Part shown: one piece after another, positions 62,847 through 64,000 of the stretch
Numbering within the stretch: the stretch's first letter is position 1
Layout of the letters: each line of letters starts with the position of its first letter
Made by a program: the position numbers and the translations under genes
Origin: Azolla caroliniana
Taxonomy: Eukaryota; Plantae; Polypodiophyta
Length of the DNA stretch: 64,000 nucleotides
Reading direction: 5' to 3'
NCBI GenBank assembly: GCA_043228905.1
Contig: JBHGNT010000010.1
Location: forward strand, 16,988,001 to 17,052,000
The notes under the pieces: generated by a model
The model's database searches: none
Seen by the model: the letters and a program-made list of their open reading frames with translations, nothing else
Told to the model about the DNA's origin: nothing

Positions 62847-64000
62847 CGACATACACACAAACAACACACAGAGGCATTTCTAATTGCTGCCCGCCTGCCT
62901 TCAGTATTGGAAAGAGACGGAACTAACCGCATGATCTTTCTTCTACTTTTTGGTCTCATCTCGAGTCCTACAATTTTGCTCCGCACATACATACATACAT
63001 ACCTGCACATGTATAAGCTTCTACTAAATATGCTTATAATGTCTCATCAAAGGTTAGGTAGGCGAGGCGCCTCTTGTAAATAAAATGTGTATATATAATG
63101 AATGAGGAAATGCACCTTGCTTTGACTCCAATTTGTCTCTGAATCTGTGTGGGATAATTTAAGTAATGAGCTCCAGCAATAACATTTAACATATGTATGG
63201 ATGAGTCACTGCCCTGCATTGACACTCCAAACCTCATCTCAGAATATTTGTGATTGTTTGGGTGAGAGAATTATGTTCGTAGCAAGGAAAGGGATACATG
63301 CACCATTAGTCCAGCAATTGCTTTCACTGTAAGCGTTGAGCAACATAATCTCCGGTGATGCTAGCCAAGGATTTATGCATATCATTGGTTGTCTTGATTT
63401 GCAATTCTAATATCTCACAACCGTACCGTACCGTACCTTTGCTTTTCTTACTTTGTTGAATTCCTTTTTCATTGTTCCTGGCCGATATGAATTTGGAATA
63501 CGATCTTTAGGCCCATTAGTATGTACTAGCTAAGGTAGAAACCACCTTTCACATGTCAAAGTATAGAATGGGATGGGGTGTTTCACATCTAACATAGATG
63601 CTGGGATGGAGTGATGCACTTGTTTTATGAGTTAAAAGCTTGCTAATGAATCAATGATATTATAAAGAGAGGGCGCCAAACAACAAGCAAGCACGGAAAG
63701 TGCAAATATATACATATGTATATGATATTTAGGCTTCAACGACTAGAAACCTTAGAAATATGCCATCAATTTACAGGTGGTTATTAAGCAAAAGGTGTAA
63801 TTTAAATGGTTATGAAACCTAACTTTAAAATTTATCATTCTACCCCTCCCCTAATTTTTAGACTACCCCACTCCTCATCTTTCATAATTTCAGAATCTAA
63901 CCTGTTACCCCTCCCCTACTTTTCATAATTCTCCCCCTTGCCCCTTGCCCACCCGCCCTTCACGATATCGAGTCCGCCCGCCAATGACCATGACGATCAC

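Larger units (their letters stand above)
50754..64000. repeat. Right arm of large inverted segmental duplication (at least 13,247 bp; continues past the window)
   Basis: The last 40 nt of the window are the reverse complement of 3254-3293. Homology ends internally at 22021/50754. Confidence 0.98.

Noticed and set aside
3254-64000. Palindrome as a simple assembly mirror artefact
   Set aside because: The arms differ by SNPs, repeat lengths and a TSD-flanked insertion with a clean empty site. A haplotype mis-join cannot be fully excluded without reads.
3254-64000. Arms as terminal inverted repeats of a giant DNA transposon
   Set aside because: No transposase is visible, the inner boundary cuts through a Copia, and the arms consist of a host gene and retroelements. 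The outer ends are not visible.

Overview
Eukaryotic, intron-containing plant DNA. The retroelement types suggest a non-seed land plant such as a fern or bryophyte, which is an inference. The window is one large, young inverted duplication: left arm 3254-22021, right arm 50754-64000, running off the window. Each arm carries an apparently identical, intact TBC/Rab-GAP gene transcribed outward, a ~172-bp tandem array upstream of it, and a nested Copia/Gypsy-type cluster. Only the left arm has a later, intact 5.5-kb Tnt1/Tork-like Copia. The 28.7-kb spacer is a nest of LTR retrotransposons that can be resolved by target-site duplications (TSDs). Most notable signals: (1) the 172-bp array reads as 8 tandem intron-exon cassettes with conserved GT/AG and 66/69-nt exons, in the same phase as the next TBC exon; (2) a tRNA-Trp-primed Gypsy lineage whose four independent insertions all made 4-bp TSDs centred on CpG; (3) a -1 frameshift signal (G GAU UUU, 6-nt spacer, pseudoknot) in that lineage, with a compensatory change between copies; (4) a TSD-flanked fold-back retroelement that could give a ~600-bp hairpin RNA from its own LTR promoter. 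All comparisons were made by eye; no alignments or database searches were run.
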